A stretch of 64,000 nt of DNA from Myxococcales bacterium (GTDB lineage Bacteria > Myxococcota_A > Bradymonadia > UBA7976 > UBA1532): NCBI GenBank assembly GCA_002731825.1, contig PCCS01000006.1:99311-163310 (forward strand), written 5' to 3'. This document shows positions 27,697 through 37,618 of the stretch, one piece after another. Below the pieces are notes generated by a model, which was not told the origin of the DNA, made no database searches, and saw only the letters and a list, made by a program, of their open reading frames with translations. Numbering within the stretch: the first letter of the stretch is position 1; each line of letters starts with the position of its first letter. The translations under genes and the position numbers were made by a program.

Positions 27697-28446
27697 TCAG
27701 GGGGCCAGATGCTTGATCCAAGTCACCACGCGCTTTGCATCTTCTTCACTGATCGCCTTAGATGGCCCCAATACAGCCGGATAATCGGGCAGCAAGCGCA
27801 GGACAAGGTAGCTGCTCAATGGCTTGCCTGCGCTGATGAGATGTACGTCAGGCTGACGGGCACTTGGTTGGCCCAATAGAGACTGCCACCGGCTCAGATC
27901 GGGTGCAATTTGGTCTTCGAACCCATGGCAACCGCACTGCTTTAGGAAGATCGGTTCGATGTCAGATTCGTATGAAATGGGCTGTGTATTGAATCCGATA
28001 GGACGACCTGTCCGGAAATTCAGACGATAGTCCTCGTTTCTCCGCTGACCACTTAAATCTTGAATGCTATCGCGCTCGATATTGAGACTATATCCGACCC
28101 CGACCCTCAAATTTTTCTTTGGTTTGATGACGATGGCTCTCTCCACCGGATCATAGGCGAGTTGTACGTCAACTTTCAGCTCACCCGACGAGAGTTCGAT
28201 CCCGTCGGTGGATAGGCTAGACAAAGACAGGTAGTCGCTAAACATAACGATTATGGGTTCATCGGCTCCAATTTCAGCTCGGTCTCTTGGTGATGAATCA
28301 ACGACCATCAAGACTGAATCATCCGGCTGATAACTACAGCCGACGTGTAGGATAGCTATGGTGATTTTTAGTAAAGAGCCATACTTCATGAGTCGCATCA
28401 GTTGACAACGGCATTTAGTTCGTCTAGCGTCCCCAACATTAGCCAT
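27697..28446 (-). CDS. hypothetical lipoprotein
   Basis: Signal and lipobox (ILHVGCS). The start is probably an internal Met (MKYGSLL, ~28389). I am not confident of any domain. Confidence 0.45.
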   Translation of the reverse strand: MANVGDARRTKCRCQLMRLMKYGSLLKITIAILHVGCSYQPDDSVLMVVDSSPRDRAEIGADEPIIVMFSDYLSLSSLSTDGIELSSGELKVDVQLAYDPVERAIVIKPKKNLRVGVGYSLNIERDSIQDLSGQRRNEDYRLNFRTGRPIGFNTQPISYESDIEPIFLKQCGCHGFEDQIAPDLSRWQSLLGQPSARQPDVHLISAGKPLSSYLVLRLLPDYPAVLGPSKAISEEDAKRVVTWIKHLAP

Positions 28447-28498
28447 TGTTGTGCATTTAATGCACGTACTTTCAACACATTTTTATTGGATGAGTGAC

Positions 28499-29269
28499 AT
28501 GAGCTCGACTCGCCTATTGGTAAGTAATTTTCTCCTCGCTGCAGCAGCACTTTTTTTCGTCGCCTGTGGCCCAACCTATCCCAAGTGCGAGAGCAACGAT
28601 CATTGCTCCGATAAGGGTGAATACTGTTACAGCGGCAAATGTAGCCAATGTGCGACTAATGACCACTGCAAGGGGCCAGGAATGCGCTGCACGCGCGGGC
28701 TCTGCGAGCAGATTCCCGGTTATTGTGATGGCGAAACAGCCTGTCCCGCCAACCAGAAATGTCGCGACAATCGTTGTGGACCAGAATGTATGGGTGATAA
28801 CGAATGCTCTGAGACACAATTCTGCGATAATGGCAGCTGCTCTGACCGCCCTGAGTGCGGTGACAAGGCACTTACACCTGCATGCCCAGACGGTAAAGAA
28901 TGTGTTGGCGGTGCGTGCCAAATCAAGATTGTTGAGTGCATTGCTGAGCCTGTCTACTTCGACTACAACCGGCATAACATCAAGCGGTCTGAGCGAGAGA
29001 AAATCGAGTCTGTCGCGACCTGCCTCCAGGGTGACAATGTCGCCAACGTGGTGATCGAAGGACACTGTGATGAGCGCGGAACAGAAGAATACAACATGGC
29101 GCTCGGCGAGAAGCGCGCAGCTGCAACCAAGAAGCAATTGGTCAAGAAGGGTGCACCTGAGGATAAGCTTTCGACTATGAGCTATGGTAAGAATCGACCT
29201 GCCGCAGACGGAAGCAATGAAAGCGCATGGCGCAAGAATCGCCGCTCTGAATTCAATCCAAATAAGTAG
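28499..29269 (+). CDS. pal: Peptidoglycan-associated lipoprotein (Pal/OmpA family) with an N-terminal Cys-rich repeat module.
   Basis: Lipoprotein signal MSSTRLLVSNFLLAAAALFFVACG. Four to five CxxxxxC-type repeats follow. The C-terminal OmpA-like domain reads VYFDYNRHNI...IEGHCDERGTEEYNMALGEKRAAA...YGKNRP. The track ORF opens at 28451. Confidence 0.8.
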   Translation: MSSTRLLVSNFLLAAAALFFVACGPTYPKCESNDHCSDKGEYCYSGKCSQCATNDHCKGPGMRCTRGLCEQIPGYCDGETACPANQKCRDNRCGPECMGDNECSETQFCDNGSCSDRPECGDKALTPACPDGKECVGGACQIKIVECIAEPVYFDYNRHNIKRSEREKIESVATCLQGDNVANVVIEGHCDERGTEEYNMALGEKRAAATKKQLVKKGAPEDKLSTMSYGKNRPAADGSNESAWRKNRRSEFNPNK

Positions 29270-29282
29270 GGGTTGAGGACCG

Positions 29283-30074
29283 ATGATGGTTCTCAGGCTT
29301 ATCTACATCGCGCTGGTCGGTCTCGTATCGACCAGCTGCGTCAGCCACTGGCGTGGCCAAGAAATGTCAGCCGACATTGAAATGGTCCGTGCTCAGCTCG
29401 AGCAGCAGCTGGAAGACCAACGAAAGCTCCGAAAAAAACTTGAGCAGGGTTTTGGCTCTTTGGAAGTTCGTTTCGATAAAATTGATGGTCGAGTCAAGCG
29501 AGCCATCTCTCGTCTTCAAGACGACAGCTTGGACAGCGACAGTGAACTCCAGGGTATAAAAGATGAAATCAAAGGGCTCAAAGGTGAAATTTCAAAGCTC
29601 AAACATGAGTCTTTAAAGTCACAGAGCGAAGCCCCAGTCAACGCCGCTGCGGAGACGGTGATTCCTGAAACAATTAAGCTACCAACCAAACCAAAAGAAC
29701 TCTATGAGTACGGTTACGACCGGAAAAAAGACAAAGATTGCAAAGAAGCAGTCCGCGCCTTTCTTCAGTTGTACAATAAGTTTCCGAAGTACAAACAAAC
29801 GGACAGTGCTCTCTATCTGGCGGCTAAGTGTCAGTATCAAAATAAAAAGCCGAAAGAGGCGATTCGTCACCTAAACGTGATTCTGACCAAGTATAAAAAA
29901 GGTCGGAAGGTTGATGATGCCCTCGAATTGACCCACGACGCCTTTCGACGCATTAACAAATGCAAAACGGCTCTGGTATTCATCGAGGAATTGATTGATG
30001 AATACCCCACCTATAAGTACCTAAAAAGAGCTAAGCGGAAACTCAAAAAGACGAAGAAAAAGTGCGGCGATTGA
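29283..30074 (+). CDS. cpoB: Tol-Pal system protein CpoB/YbgF-like (coiled coil + TPR).
   Basis: Signal or anchor, then a long coiled-coil (QLEQQLEDQRKLRKKLEQ...), then a C-terminal TPR-like domain. It sits immediately downstream of pal, as in canonical tol-pal operons. Confidence 0.65.
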   Translation: MMVLRLIYIALVGLVSTSCVSHWRGQEMSADIEMVRAQLEQQLEDQRKLRKKLEQGFGSLEVRFDKIDGRVKRAISRLQDDSLDSDSELQGIKDEIKGLKGEISKLKHESLKSQSEAPVNAAAETVIPETIKLPTKPKELYEYGYDRKKDKDCKEAVRAFLQLYNKFPKYKQTDSALYLAAKCQYQNKKPKEAIRHLNVILTKYKKGRKVDDALELTHDAFRRINKCKTALVFIEELIDEYPTYKYLKRAKRKLKKTKKKCGD

Positions 30075-30123
30075 GTGATTTTCCAGCACGCTTCGGGTCT
30101 CGTTCCTCGGGGCATTTCAATTC

Positions 30124-31326
30124 ATGAGTCGACCGTATGATTTGATCTTGCATGGTGCCAGTGGCTTTACGGGGCGGCAGACCGTTGCTTATGTCAGCCA
30201 CCATGCGCCCCCCAATTTGCGATGGGCAGTCAGTGGTCGAAATCTCGACAAGCTAAATGACGTGGTTCAAAAATGGGCGCCCGGTCGAGATATCCCATGC
30301 ATTAAGGCAGATGGTTTAGAGCACGACGATATGAGTCGATTGGCTCAATCGACTCGGGTTGTGTTAACGACGGCGGGGCCTTACTCAAAATTTGGTCGAC
30401 ACTTGGTCGATCAATGCATCAATCATAAAACTCATTACGTCGATATCACGGGTGAGACAGCCTTCGTTGCCGACCTCATCTCCAAACACCATAAGCAAGC
30501 TGTACGAGATGGGACTGTAATCGTTCCATTTTGCGGCTTCGATTCCGTGCCCAGCGACAGCTTGGTATTTTTCATCTCCGACCATCTGAGAAAAAAAGGT
30601 CTCCGTTTAGGCCAGGTTGTTGCAGCCTTCAAACTCAAAGGCGGGTTTAACGGAGGGACATTGGCAACAGCCCTTGAAACCTCAAGCAATGATGCAGATT
30701 CAGTGCGGATGAAAGATGTCTTGCTCTTAAACCCACCAGCCGCTTTGTCGGAGGTTGAACGGTTAGAAAGTTCGGACTTAAATATACCCATTTTTAATGC
30801 TGAGCTTGGGTGGATTACACCATTTGTCATGTCACCGATAAACACACGAGTTGTTCGTCGTAGCAATGGATTGTTAAGCGAAGTCAACCGCGGCTATGGC
30901 CCAGGGTTTAGATATCTAGAGGGGTTGGCTGTCAAGAGTCGTACAAAGGCATCCATTATCAACGGCGCCTCTCGTATCACAGAGGCAAGTTTGGGTACCA
31001 AACTGGGTCGACAGATGATTCGGTGGCTTGGGCCCAAGCCTGGCCAAGGACCATCGGTCAAATCGATGGACAGCGGTTTTTTCAAGCTTGATATGGTCGC
31101 GGAGGCTGATGATGGGTCTGTCCACCGAGCCGTTGTGAGCTCCAGTGGAGACCCAGGAAATAGAATTACCGTGACCGCACTTTGTGAGTCAGCGTTCTGT
31201 CTCACAGAAACGGCATCTCAATGTGGTGGTGGTATCCTCACGCCAATGACAGCTTTTGGTCAAAACCTCATCGAACGTCTGGTGTCTCGTGGATGGATTT
31301 TTGAGATGATCGAGAGCCGGTCTTGA
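30124..31326 (+). CDS. Saccharopine dehydrogenase-like NAD(P)-binding oxidoreductase.
   Basis: Rossmann N-terminus DLILHGASGFTGRQ and a family-typical length of 400 aa. Confidence 0.7.
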   Translation: MSRPYDLILHGASGFTGRQTVAYVSHHAPPNLRWAVSGRNLDKLNDVVQKWAPGRDIPCIKADGLEHDDMSRLAQSTRVVLTTAGPYSKFGRHLVDQCINHKTHYVDITGETAFVADLISKHHKQAVRDGTVIVPFCGFDSVPSDSLVFFISDHLRKKGLRLGQVVAAFKLKGGFNGGTLATALETSSNDADSVRMKDVLLLNPPAALSEVERLESSDLNIPIFNAELGWITPFVMSPINTRVVRRSNGLLSEVNRGYGPGFRYLEGLAVKSRTKASIINGASRITEASLGTKLGRQMIRWLGPKPGQGPSVKSMDSGFFKLDMVAEADDGSVHRAVVSSSGDPGNRITVTALCESAFCLTETASQCGGGILTPMTAFGQNLIERLVSRGWIFEMIESRS

Positions 31327-31447
31327 AAGTGACTTGGCGATTCAATGTTCATTTTGCCAAATGCATAAAGATTGATTTTTTTCGTTCAGAAAAGCCTATG
31401 CCCGAGCTTGAATCTTTGATAGTCCAGCGAATCAGCGGGATGTAGCT

Positions 31448-32719
31448 TTGTCGGGGGACAATTTGAACCACACACAAGAAATGGACCGGCTTGGTCGCCG
31501 CGCGCGACACGCAGCCCGAGCGCTGATTAATGCGTCCACAGACCAGAAGAATCGGGCCTTATTGGCGATGGCCGATGCGCTCGAATCCATGAGCTCGACC
31601 ATTCAAGCGGCCAATGATCTTGATTTGGCTCGGGCTGATGAGAAGGGCATTACCGGCGCCCTCCGAGACCGCTTGGAACTGACGCCGGCCAGGATTCAAT
31701 CCATGGCTCAGGGTCTTCGAGAGGTCGCTGATCTCAATGATCCGGTTGGACATACTGTAGATGAATGGGTTCGACCAAATGGTCTTAAAATCTCACAAGT
31801 TCGCATTCCTCTAGGCGTGATCGGTATGATTTACGAAGCCAGACCCAATGTCACCTCCGATGCTGCCGGTCTGTGTCTCAAGAGTGGTAATGTCGTCTTT
31901 TTGCGAGGCGGTAGTGAAGCGAAAAACAGTAATCAGGCGGTTTTGGATTGTCTTCGTAGCGCCGTTGAACAGGTGGGTTTACCATCGGATGTTTTGATGA
32001 GTCTACCTTCAACAGACCGGTCGTGGATCATGGCTATGATGAAGGCGGATGCTCATATCGATGTCATCATTCCTCGCGGAGGAGAAGCATTGATCGACTT
32101 TGTGACCGAGCATTCGAAGGTGCCTGTCATTAAGCATTATAAAGGCGTCTGCCACGTGTTTGTTGATGAACATGCTGACCTGACTAAAGCAGACGACATT
32201 TGTTTTAATGCGAAGGTTCATCGTCCTGGTGTCTGTAATGCCATGGAGACATTATTGATTCACGAGTCTATTGCTCGCCGATTCATCCCGGGTCTTTTTA
32301 CACGATTTAGATCGGCTGGCGTTCATATCTGCGGGTGTGAGAAGACATCGGAAATAGACCCCGAAATCTCGCCAGCAAGTCTTGATGATTATCATGCTGA
32401 GTACCTGGACCTCAAAATTGCTGTTAAAGTCGTTGCAGATGTCCATGAAGCCATCGGACACATTGATGAATTTGGTTCAGACCACACGGAGTCGATCGTT
32501 TCGGAAAACAAAGAAACCATAGAGACGTTCATTCATCGTATTCAGAGTTCCGTTGTCATCGCGAATGCGTCGACTCGATTTTCTGACGGCGGTCAAATGG
32601 GTCTTGGTGCTGAAATTGGAATCAGCACAAGCAAGCTTCATGCGTACGGACCTATGGGTGTTACTGACTTGACCACACGTAAATATGTCATTCGTGGCGC
32701 AGGCCAAATAAGGAGTTGA
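31448..32719 (+). CDS. proA: Gamma-glutamyl phosphate reductase (glutamate-5-semialdehyde dehydrogenase).
   Basis: It aligns by eye along the whole length with E. coli ProA (LGVIGMIYEARPNVT, catalytic Cys in GVCNAMETLLIH, ASTRFSDGGQMGLGAEIGISTSKLHAYGPMG). The track start is a TTG at 31448. An alternative ATG lies at 31481 (MDRLGRR...). Confidence 0.9.
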   Translation: MSGDNLNHTQEMDRLGRRARHAARALINASTDQKNRALLAMADALESMSSTIQAANDLDLARADEKGITGALRDRLELTPARIQSMAQGLREVADLNDPVGHTVDEWVRPNGLKISQVRIPLGVIGMIYEARPNVTSDAAGLCLKSGNVVFLRGGSEAKNSNQAVLDCLRSAVEQVGLPSDVLMSLPSTDRSWIMAMMKADAHIDVIIPRGGEALIDFVTEHSKVPVIKHYKGVCHVFVDEHADLTKADDICFNAKVHRPGVCNAMETLLIHESIARRFIPGLFTRFRSAGVHICGCEKTSEIDPEISPASLDDYHAEYLDLKIAVKVVADVHEAIGHIDEFGSDHTESIVSENKETIETFIHRIQSSVVIANASTRFSDGGQMGLGAEIGISTSKLHAYGPMGVTDLTTRKYVIRGAGQIRS

Positions 32720-33076
32720 ATGGAGCCACTAGAACTTGCCAATCATATCGCACACGCCCTTGATGCTAAACAGGGGCGTGATATCGTCATCCTCGATGTG
32801 GAGAGCCTTGTCGGCTACACGTCTTACTTCGTGCTCGCGAGCGGTCGGAGTGATCGTCAGGTGCAAGCCTTAATCGACAATGTCCGAACGGACCTGAAGG
32901 CTCGATTCGATTTGCTGCCCATGGGTGTTGAGGGTACGAATTCAGGGCGTTGGGCTCTCGCTGATTTTGGTGATGCGGTCGTGCACGTATTTCGTGAGGA
33001 TGAGCGTCACTTCTACGACCTTGAGGGTCTATGGTCAGACGCGAAGAAAATTGATTTCACGTCAATTGACTCCTAG
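32720..33076 (+). CDS. rsfS: Ribosome silencing factor RsfS (Iojap family).
   Basis: 118 aa with DIVILDVESLVGYTSYFVLASGRSDRQVQAL and DAVVHVFREDERHFYDLE, the Iojap/DUF143 signature. Confidence 0.85.
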   Translation: MEPLELANHIAHALDAKQGRDIVILDVESLVGYTSYFVLASGRSDRQVQALIDNVRTDLKARFDLLPMGVEGTNSGRWALADFGDAVVHVFREDERHFYDLEGLWSDAKKIDFTSIDS

Positions 33077-33094
33077 TCCGATTTAGGGGGCTCG

Positions 33095-33568
33095 GTGAAG
33101 ATCACCATCTGTGCTATCGGCCGTGTCAAAGCGAAGTATGCTCGTCTTGGTTGTGACGACTTTCTATCTCGAATGAAGAGATTCTTCAAAGTTGACTATA
33201 TCGAACTCAAGGACATCAGAAGGGGCCGCTCAGATGGGCCCAAATCATGGAAAGATCAAGAAGCGCTCAATTTGATCAAGCACGTACCGAAGACGGCCTA
33301 CACAGTGGTTCTTGACGAGCGAGGTCAGCAGTTTTCAAGTACTCAATTTGCAGACTGGATTGAGGCTCGAAAGGTCAAGGGGGTCTCTAGCATTGCTTTT
33401 CTCATCGGTGGACCAGACGGGCACGGACAAAGCGTTTTGGAACGGGCGAACTTCTCTATGTCTTTGGGTGCTTTGACATTGCCCCATGAACTCGCGCGGC
33501 TTGTTTTGTGTGAGCAATTGTATCGAGCGGGGTCGATGATGGCGGGTCATCCGTATCATCGTGAATGA
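33095..33568 (+). CDS. rlmH: 23S rRNA (pseudouridine1915-N3)-methyltransferase RlmH.
   Basis: 157 aa with MKITICAIGRVK, the SPOUT-fold C-terminus (GGPDGH...SLGALTLPHELARLVLCEQLYRA), and the conserved rsfS-rlmH pairing. Confidence 0.9.
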   Translation: MKITICAIGRVKAKYARLGCDDFLSRMKRFFKVDYIELKDIRRGRSDGPKSWKDQEALNLIKHVPKTAYTVVLDERGQQFSSTQFADWIEARKVKGVSSIAFLIGGPDGHGQSVLERANFSMSLGALTLPHELARLVLCEQLYRAGSMMAGHPYHRE

Positions 33569-33604
33569 AGCGTTGACGAAGAGACGGTTACTGATTACAG
33601 CTCG

Positions 33605-35725
33605 ATGAGCGACCCGCCTGTTTCGGGTTGGTGTTCATTTTGGGAGAGTCTATTGATGCTACAGGACGACATGACGACTGAATCCGAAAAGCAGTTCGAT
33701 TCGATAGCTGACGTGCTGTCAATGGAGTCGGCAGGTCTGAATGAGCTGCGCTATCGAATTGAACAGCCCACCATTACAACCATCAGCGAGCCAGGCGGGC
33801 TTCTAATTTATTGGACGCTGACAGCGGTGAGTATCGCCCGTGGACAATCAAGACAGTCTGACGGACCCGAAGCCACGCTCACACTCCGCGTCTATCTGGA
33901 ACTTGATCATGGAGCCAAACGCACCCAAGATTTTCAAATAGACCGATGGGTCGGGTCCAGAAGACTTGAATTGCCCAGAACTGTGCGTCGAGTCGTAGGG
34001 GCGATCGGCCTGCGAACTTCATCGGGTTTCAGCCATATTGTTCGATCGACGCCCATTCAAAGGCCACTGTACAATCACGGTAAGGGACCCATTACAATCA
34101 GGTCTATCGATTGGTCTACAGGCGACACCGAAGAGGTGGATATCTCGTCCAAGGACGGAGAGTCTCTTGTTCGAGCGTACGCACAGAGTCTGAGCGGTCA
34201 ATATCATTCCAATTGGCTGCCCAGCTTAGATTCGAAATCAAATCGATTGAAGTCCGTCCGAACTGTTCAGGTAAAACAGGGTGCTGGAATCAGCGCGGTC
34301 CTTCGACTCCAATTAGATTTCGAGCAGGCAACCAGTCGAGACGCGACCATCGGTTATATCGTGGATGTCTTTCTTCCGGTGATACAAACCCTTCGTGATA
34401 TCGCCATCGCGGGTGAGACCTCTTGTTTTGGGGTGGCGATCTGTCCACGCTTGATCAGCTTCCTTAAATCTGAAGACAGTCAGGCTTTAGTCGCCGCTGA
34501 ATTACAAAAGCGCCGGATTAAATTTAGCCAATCGGAGGTCAACTCAACCGCGACTCGTGCTGCAGACGAGATGCGTTTGACTTCACTTCAGACGACTCAT
34601 GACGCCCTTGGTCAAGGCAGTCTTGACGAGTTAAGACGACTTCATGAACTTGGTTTCATCGAGTTGATGGCGACATGGGCAACCAATGCACCGCTCACGG
34701 ATATTTTACCTGTTCGAGGAAGTGTCGAACTCAATTTAGCCGCGGCGTTGAAAAGCTTTAGGTCGGCTTTTGGATTCAGTAGTTCCGGTCTATGTCTCGG
34801 TCAACAGGGTTATATGCCATCGTTTGATGCCATCCTAGATAAGGCTGGTATCCGTTATTTTCTGATTTCATCGGAGGCCTTCTCAGGCGCGTCGTCTAAG
34901 CCAGTCTACGGTGTACTGACACCCATCTTGAGTCCAAACAATCGGACGATTGCATTGGCCATGGATCCGAAATTTGAAGCCTGGAAGCAGATTGGCGATG
35001 AACGCCCGGATGGGCATTATCGTTTAAGCAGAATCGATTCATTGCTTCAGAGTGCCGACCAAAATTGGGGTGGTTCAAAACGGTCTGACGGCTCAGCCTA
35101 TTGCCATCTTGCTGGAGTGGAAGCGGCCAAGAATCAGGCTCGATCATGGTGGGCAACTCAATCTGAGCGCCTGGAGAAATGCAGTCGTCATACCGATCAA
35201 AGGCTTTGCTTTATCGGGATAATTGACGCGGCGTCTGTCACAGAAGACTGGTATGAAGGCCTGAGTTTTCTAAGGGCGTTAAGTCAGTTCAGTCACAGTG
35301 ATAAATCCGTGAAACTCGTTGGAGTGAGTCGTCACCTCGACCACGTTAAACGTGTCCAGATAGCACGGCTCAGTCCGGTTATTTCAGCTGCTCGGTCACC
35401 CACCCTTCTGCCCTATTTTGCACCACGAATTGAACTTGCAGCTTGGAAAGTGAAGAGGCTCGCCGAGGCGTGTAGTGAAAACTCGGCGCTCACAGACCGT
35501 TTGGTCTTAGTCATCAATGCATTATTGAGCGCCCAAGATGCATTGTCATCCGAATCGAGTTCAAGTGCAGATTGCATTCGACAGTGTACACAATTCATCC
35601 ACAGCATTTATGCGTCGGATTCCAACCTGAGCGAGTTGCCATCCGAGGCTTTCAAGTCAGAGACGATGAGACGATGGTTGAATTGCATCGAAGACGTTTC
35701 CTTTGAGACGATGTTGACCCAATAA
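33605..35725 (+). CDS. Hypothetical 706-aa protein. The central region weakly resembles the glycoside hydrolase family 57 / DUF1957 fold. It has a long unique N-terminal extension.
   Basis: ELMATWATNAPLTDILPV and GQQGYMPSFDAILDKAGIRYFLISSEAF resemble the GH57 blocks (TPxxHPILPLL and GxWLPECAY...GIxYF). This is pattern recall without alignment, so confidence is low. Confidence 0.4.
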   Translation: MSDPPVSGWCSFWESLLMLQDDMTTESEKQFDSIADVLSMESAGLNELRYRIEQPTITTISEPGGLLIYWTLTAVSIARGQSRQSDGPEATLTLRVYLELDHGAKRTQDFQIDRWVGSRRLELPRTVRRVVGAIGLRTSSGFSHIVRSTPIQRPLYNHGKGPITIRSIDWSTGDTEEVDISSKDGESLVRAYAQSLSGQYHSNWLPSLDSKSNRLKSVRTVQVKQGAGISAVLRLQLDFEQATSRDATIGYIVDVFLPVIQTLRDIAIAGETSCFGVAICPRLISFLKSEDSQALVAAELQKRRIKFSQSEVNSTATRAADEMRLTSLQTTHDALGQGSLDELRRLHELGFIELMATWATNAPLTDILPVRGSVELNLAAALKSFRSAFGFSSSGLCLGQQGYMPSFDAILDKAGIRYFLISSEAFSGASSKPVYGVLTPILSPNNRTIALAMDPKFEAWKQIGDERPDGHYRLSRIDSLLQSADQNWGGSKRSDGSAYCHLAGVEAAKNQARSWWATQSERLEKCSRHTDQRLCFIGIIDAASVTEDWYEGLSFLRALSQFSHSDKSVKLVGVSRHLDHVKRVQIARLSPVISAARSPTLLPYFAPRIELAAWKVKRLAEACSENSALTDRLVLVINALLSAQDALSSESSSSADCIRQCTQFIHSIYASDSNLSELPSEAFKSETMRRWLNCIEDVSFETMLTQ

Positions 35726-35728
35726 GCT

Positions 35729-37618
35729 ATGACGACTTTGGATGATCAGCAGCAAGCCGTTGTTGAAGCACCGTTAGCACCTCTTCTTGTTGTTGCGGGT
35801 GCTGGTACTGGTAAGACCAGAACACTGACCCATCGAGTCTGTCATTGGGTGGATAAAGGCTTAGATCCGGAGCGCGCGCTACTCGTCACGTTTACACAGC
35901 GCGCAGCGCGTGACATGAGTGAACGGATTCAGACACTGCACGCAACTGGTCCTCGGCCTTGGGTGGGTACATTTCACCATATTGCAGCTCGTTTGCTTCG
36001 AGATTATGCTCATCAATTCAATTATGGGGCAGACTTCCAGATTATGGACTATGGCCGTTGTCAGCGATTGATGAATGTGGTTCTTGATCGCTCACCAGCA
36101 CGTCCGCCCAACCTGACAGCGACTCATTTGCTGCGTGCCTATAGCCTCACGGTCAATGCCGATAAGTCGCTCGCTGACTTGGTCCGTCAAAAAAGACTTT
36201 TGCCTGGTGTTGATTTAGACCTAATCGATTCTATTTACATCGACTATTTGGTCATGAAGATCGAACATAATTGTATGGATTTCGATGATTTATTGCTTTA
36301 CTTAAACCAGCTGCTATCCAAAGACTCTGCTTTTCACGATGACATTTGCTCTCGCTTTGATGCCCTTTTCGTCGATGAATATCAGGACGTCAATCCACTT
36401 CAGGTTTCTATTGTGGATGCCCTTGTCGATGCGCACAAACGGTTGACTGTGGTTGGTGATGATAAGCAATCAATTTACGGGTTTCGCGGCTCTGATGTGG
36501 GCGCCATCTTAAATTTTGAAGACCGGTATCCAAATGCCCAAATTCTCAATTTAACCAACAATTATCGAAGTACACCTCAGATTATTGGTCTTGCTAATCA
36601 GAGCATCTCAAACAATCCAAACCAGCGCCCATTAGACTTAAATTCAATTCGGGGTGATGGGCCTACGCCAATCGTAAAAGACTTTTCGAATTCGGCCGAG
36701 CAGGCGCGTTTCGTATGCGAGGAAATCAAGCGCTTAAACGAATATGGCGTCCCCTTTTCTGAGCAAGCCGTATTGTACAGAACACACGCACAGGCACGAG
36801 AAATAGAGCTTGCACTAGGTGAGTTTGGCATTCCATATACACTGAGGAGTGGTCGGCGGCTGTTTGAACGCCCTCACATACGGCCTCTTTTTGACTTATT
36901 ATCTTTTATCGAAACCGAATCTACAGCGCTTGAAAACGCCGCTATTTTGGAGGTTTTCGAGGGAATAGGACCGATTTCAAGCCAGGAGATTTTGGCTCAA
37001 GTCAAACGATTTGATTCAATTCAGCACTGGCTGCAACATGGACCCGAGTTGGCCGATGTACGAACCCGATTAAAGGAACCGATAAGCCGAGTCCATTCCA
37101 GGCTTCGACATGTGTTCGAGTCCCTGAATTTACCACTCTTCGACTGTCTTATGGAGATACGCAAAACCGTCCTGGAGCCGTGGGTTAGACGTTCATTTGA
37201 TGATGCAGATCTGCGGTTAGTTGACCTAGACGACTGCATCAAAATGGCAATTGACTTTGTTCAACCCAGGGATTTTCTCGAGGCGCTTACACTGGCATCG
37301 GATACAGCCCAGCGGGACCAAGGTGTTGTTTTGTCCACAGTTCATCGCGCCAAAGGACTGGAATGGGCCACCGTGTTCATCGTCGGTCTCGCGGATAGTT
37401 CCTTTCCCTTGCTTGGCATGGAGAGGGGCATTGACATGGCTGAAGAACGTCGGCTTTTTTATGTCGCTTTGACACGTTGCCAGCGCTGGTTGTATCTCTG
37501 TCACGCTTGGCAAGAACACAAAAACGGCTCTATTCTCGCACCAAGTCGGTTTCTGAGAGAAATCGGGGGAGCAGAGTATTATTCTGATGCTAAGCATCAT
37601 ACTGGCGAGGGAATCTGA
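35729..37618 (+). CDS. UvrD/PcrA/Rep-family ATP-dependent DNA helicase (short form, 629 aa).
   Basis: Motif I is AGAGTGKTRTLTHR, motif II FVDEYQDVN, plus later helicase motifs (VLYRTHAQAREIE..., TVHRAKGLEW). The C-terminus is shorter than canonical UvrD. Confidence 0.85.
   Translation: MTTLDDQQQAVVEAPLAPLLVVAGAGTGKTRTLTHRVCHWVDKGLDPERALLVTFTQRAARDMSERIQTLHATGPRPWVGTFHHIAARLLRDYAHQFNYGADFQIMDYGRCQRLMNVVLDRSPARPPNLTATHLLRAYSLTVNADKSLADLVRQKRLLPGVDLDLIDSIYIDYLVMKIEHNCMDFDDLLLYLNQLLSKDSAFHDDICSRFDALFVDEYQDVNPLQVSIVDALVDAHKRLTVVGDDKQSIYGFRGSDVGAILNFEDRYPNAQILNLTNNYRSTPQIIGLANQSISNNPNQRPLDLNSIRGDGPTPIVKDFSNSAEQARFVCEEIKRLNEYGVPFSEQAVLYRTHAQAREIELALGEFGIPYTLRSGRRLFERPHIRPLFDLLSFIETESTALENAAILEVFEGIGPISSQEILAQVKRFDSIQHWLQHGPELADVRTRLKEPISRVHSRLRHVFESLNLPLFDCLMEIRKTVLEPWVRRSFDDADLRLVDLDDCIKMAIDFVQPRDFLEALTLASDTAQRDQGVVLSTVHRAKGLEWATVFIVGLADSSFPLLGMERGIDMAEERRLFYVALTRCQRWLYLCHAWQEHKNGSILAPSRFLREIGGAEYYSDAKHHTGEGI

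Noticed and set aside
28514-29145. Long antisense and alternative-frame ORFs inside the pal gene (207 aa, 162 aa, 73 aa, 71 aa, 60 aa).
   Set aside because: They lie wholly within a well-supported OmpA/Pal CDS. The Cys-codon-rich (TGC/TGT, GCA) repeats of pal generate stop-free alternative frames. I see no RBS or motifs.
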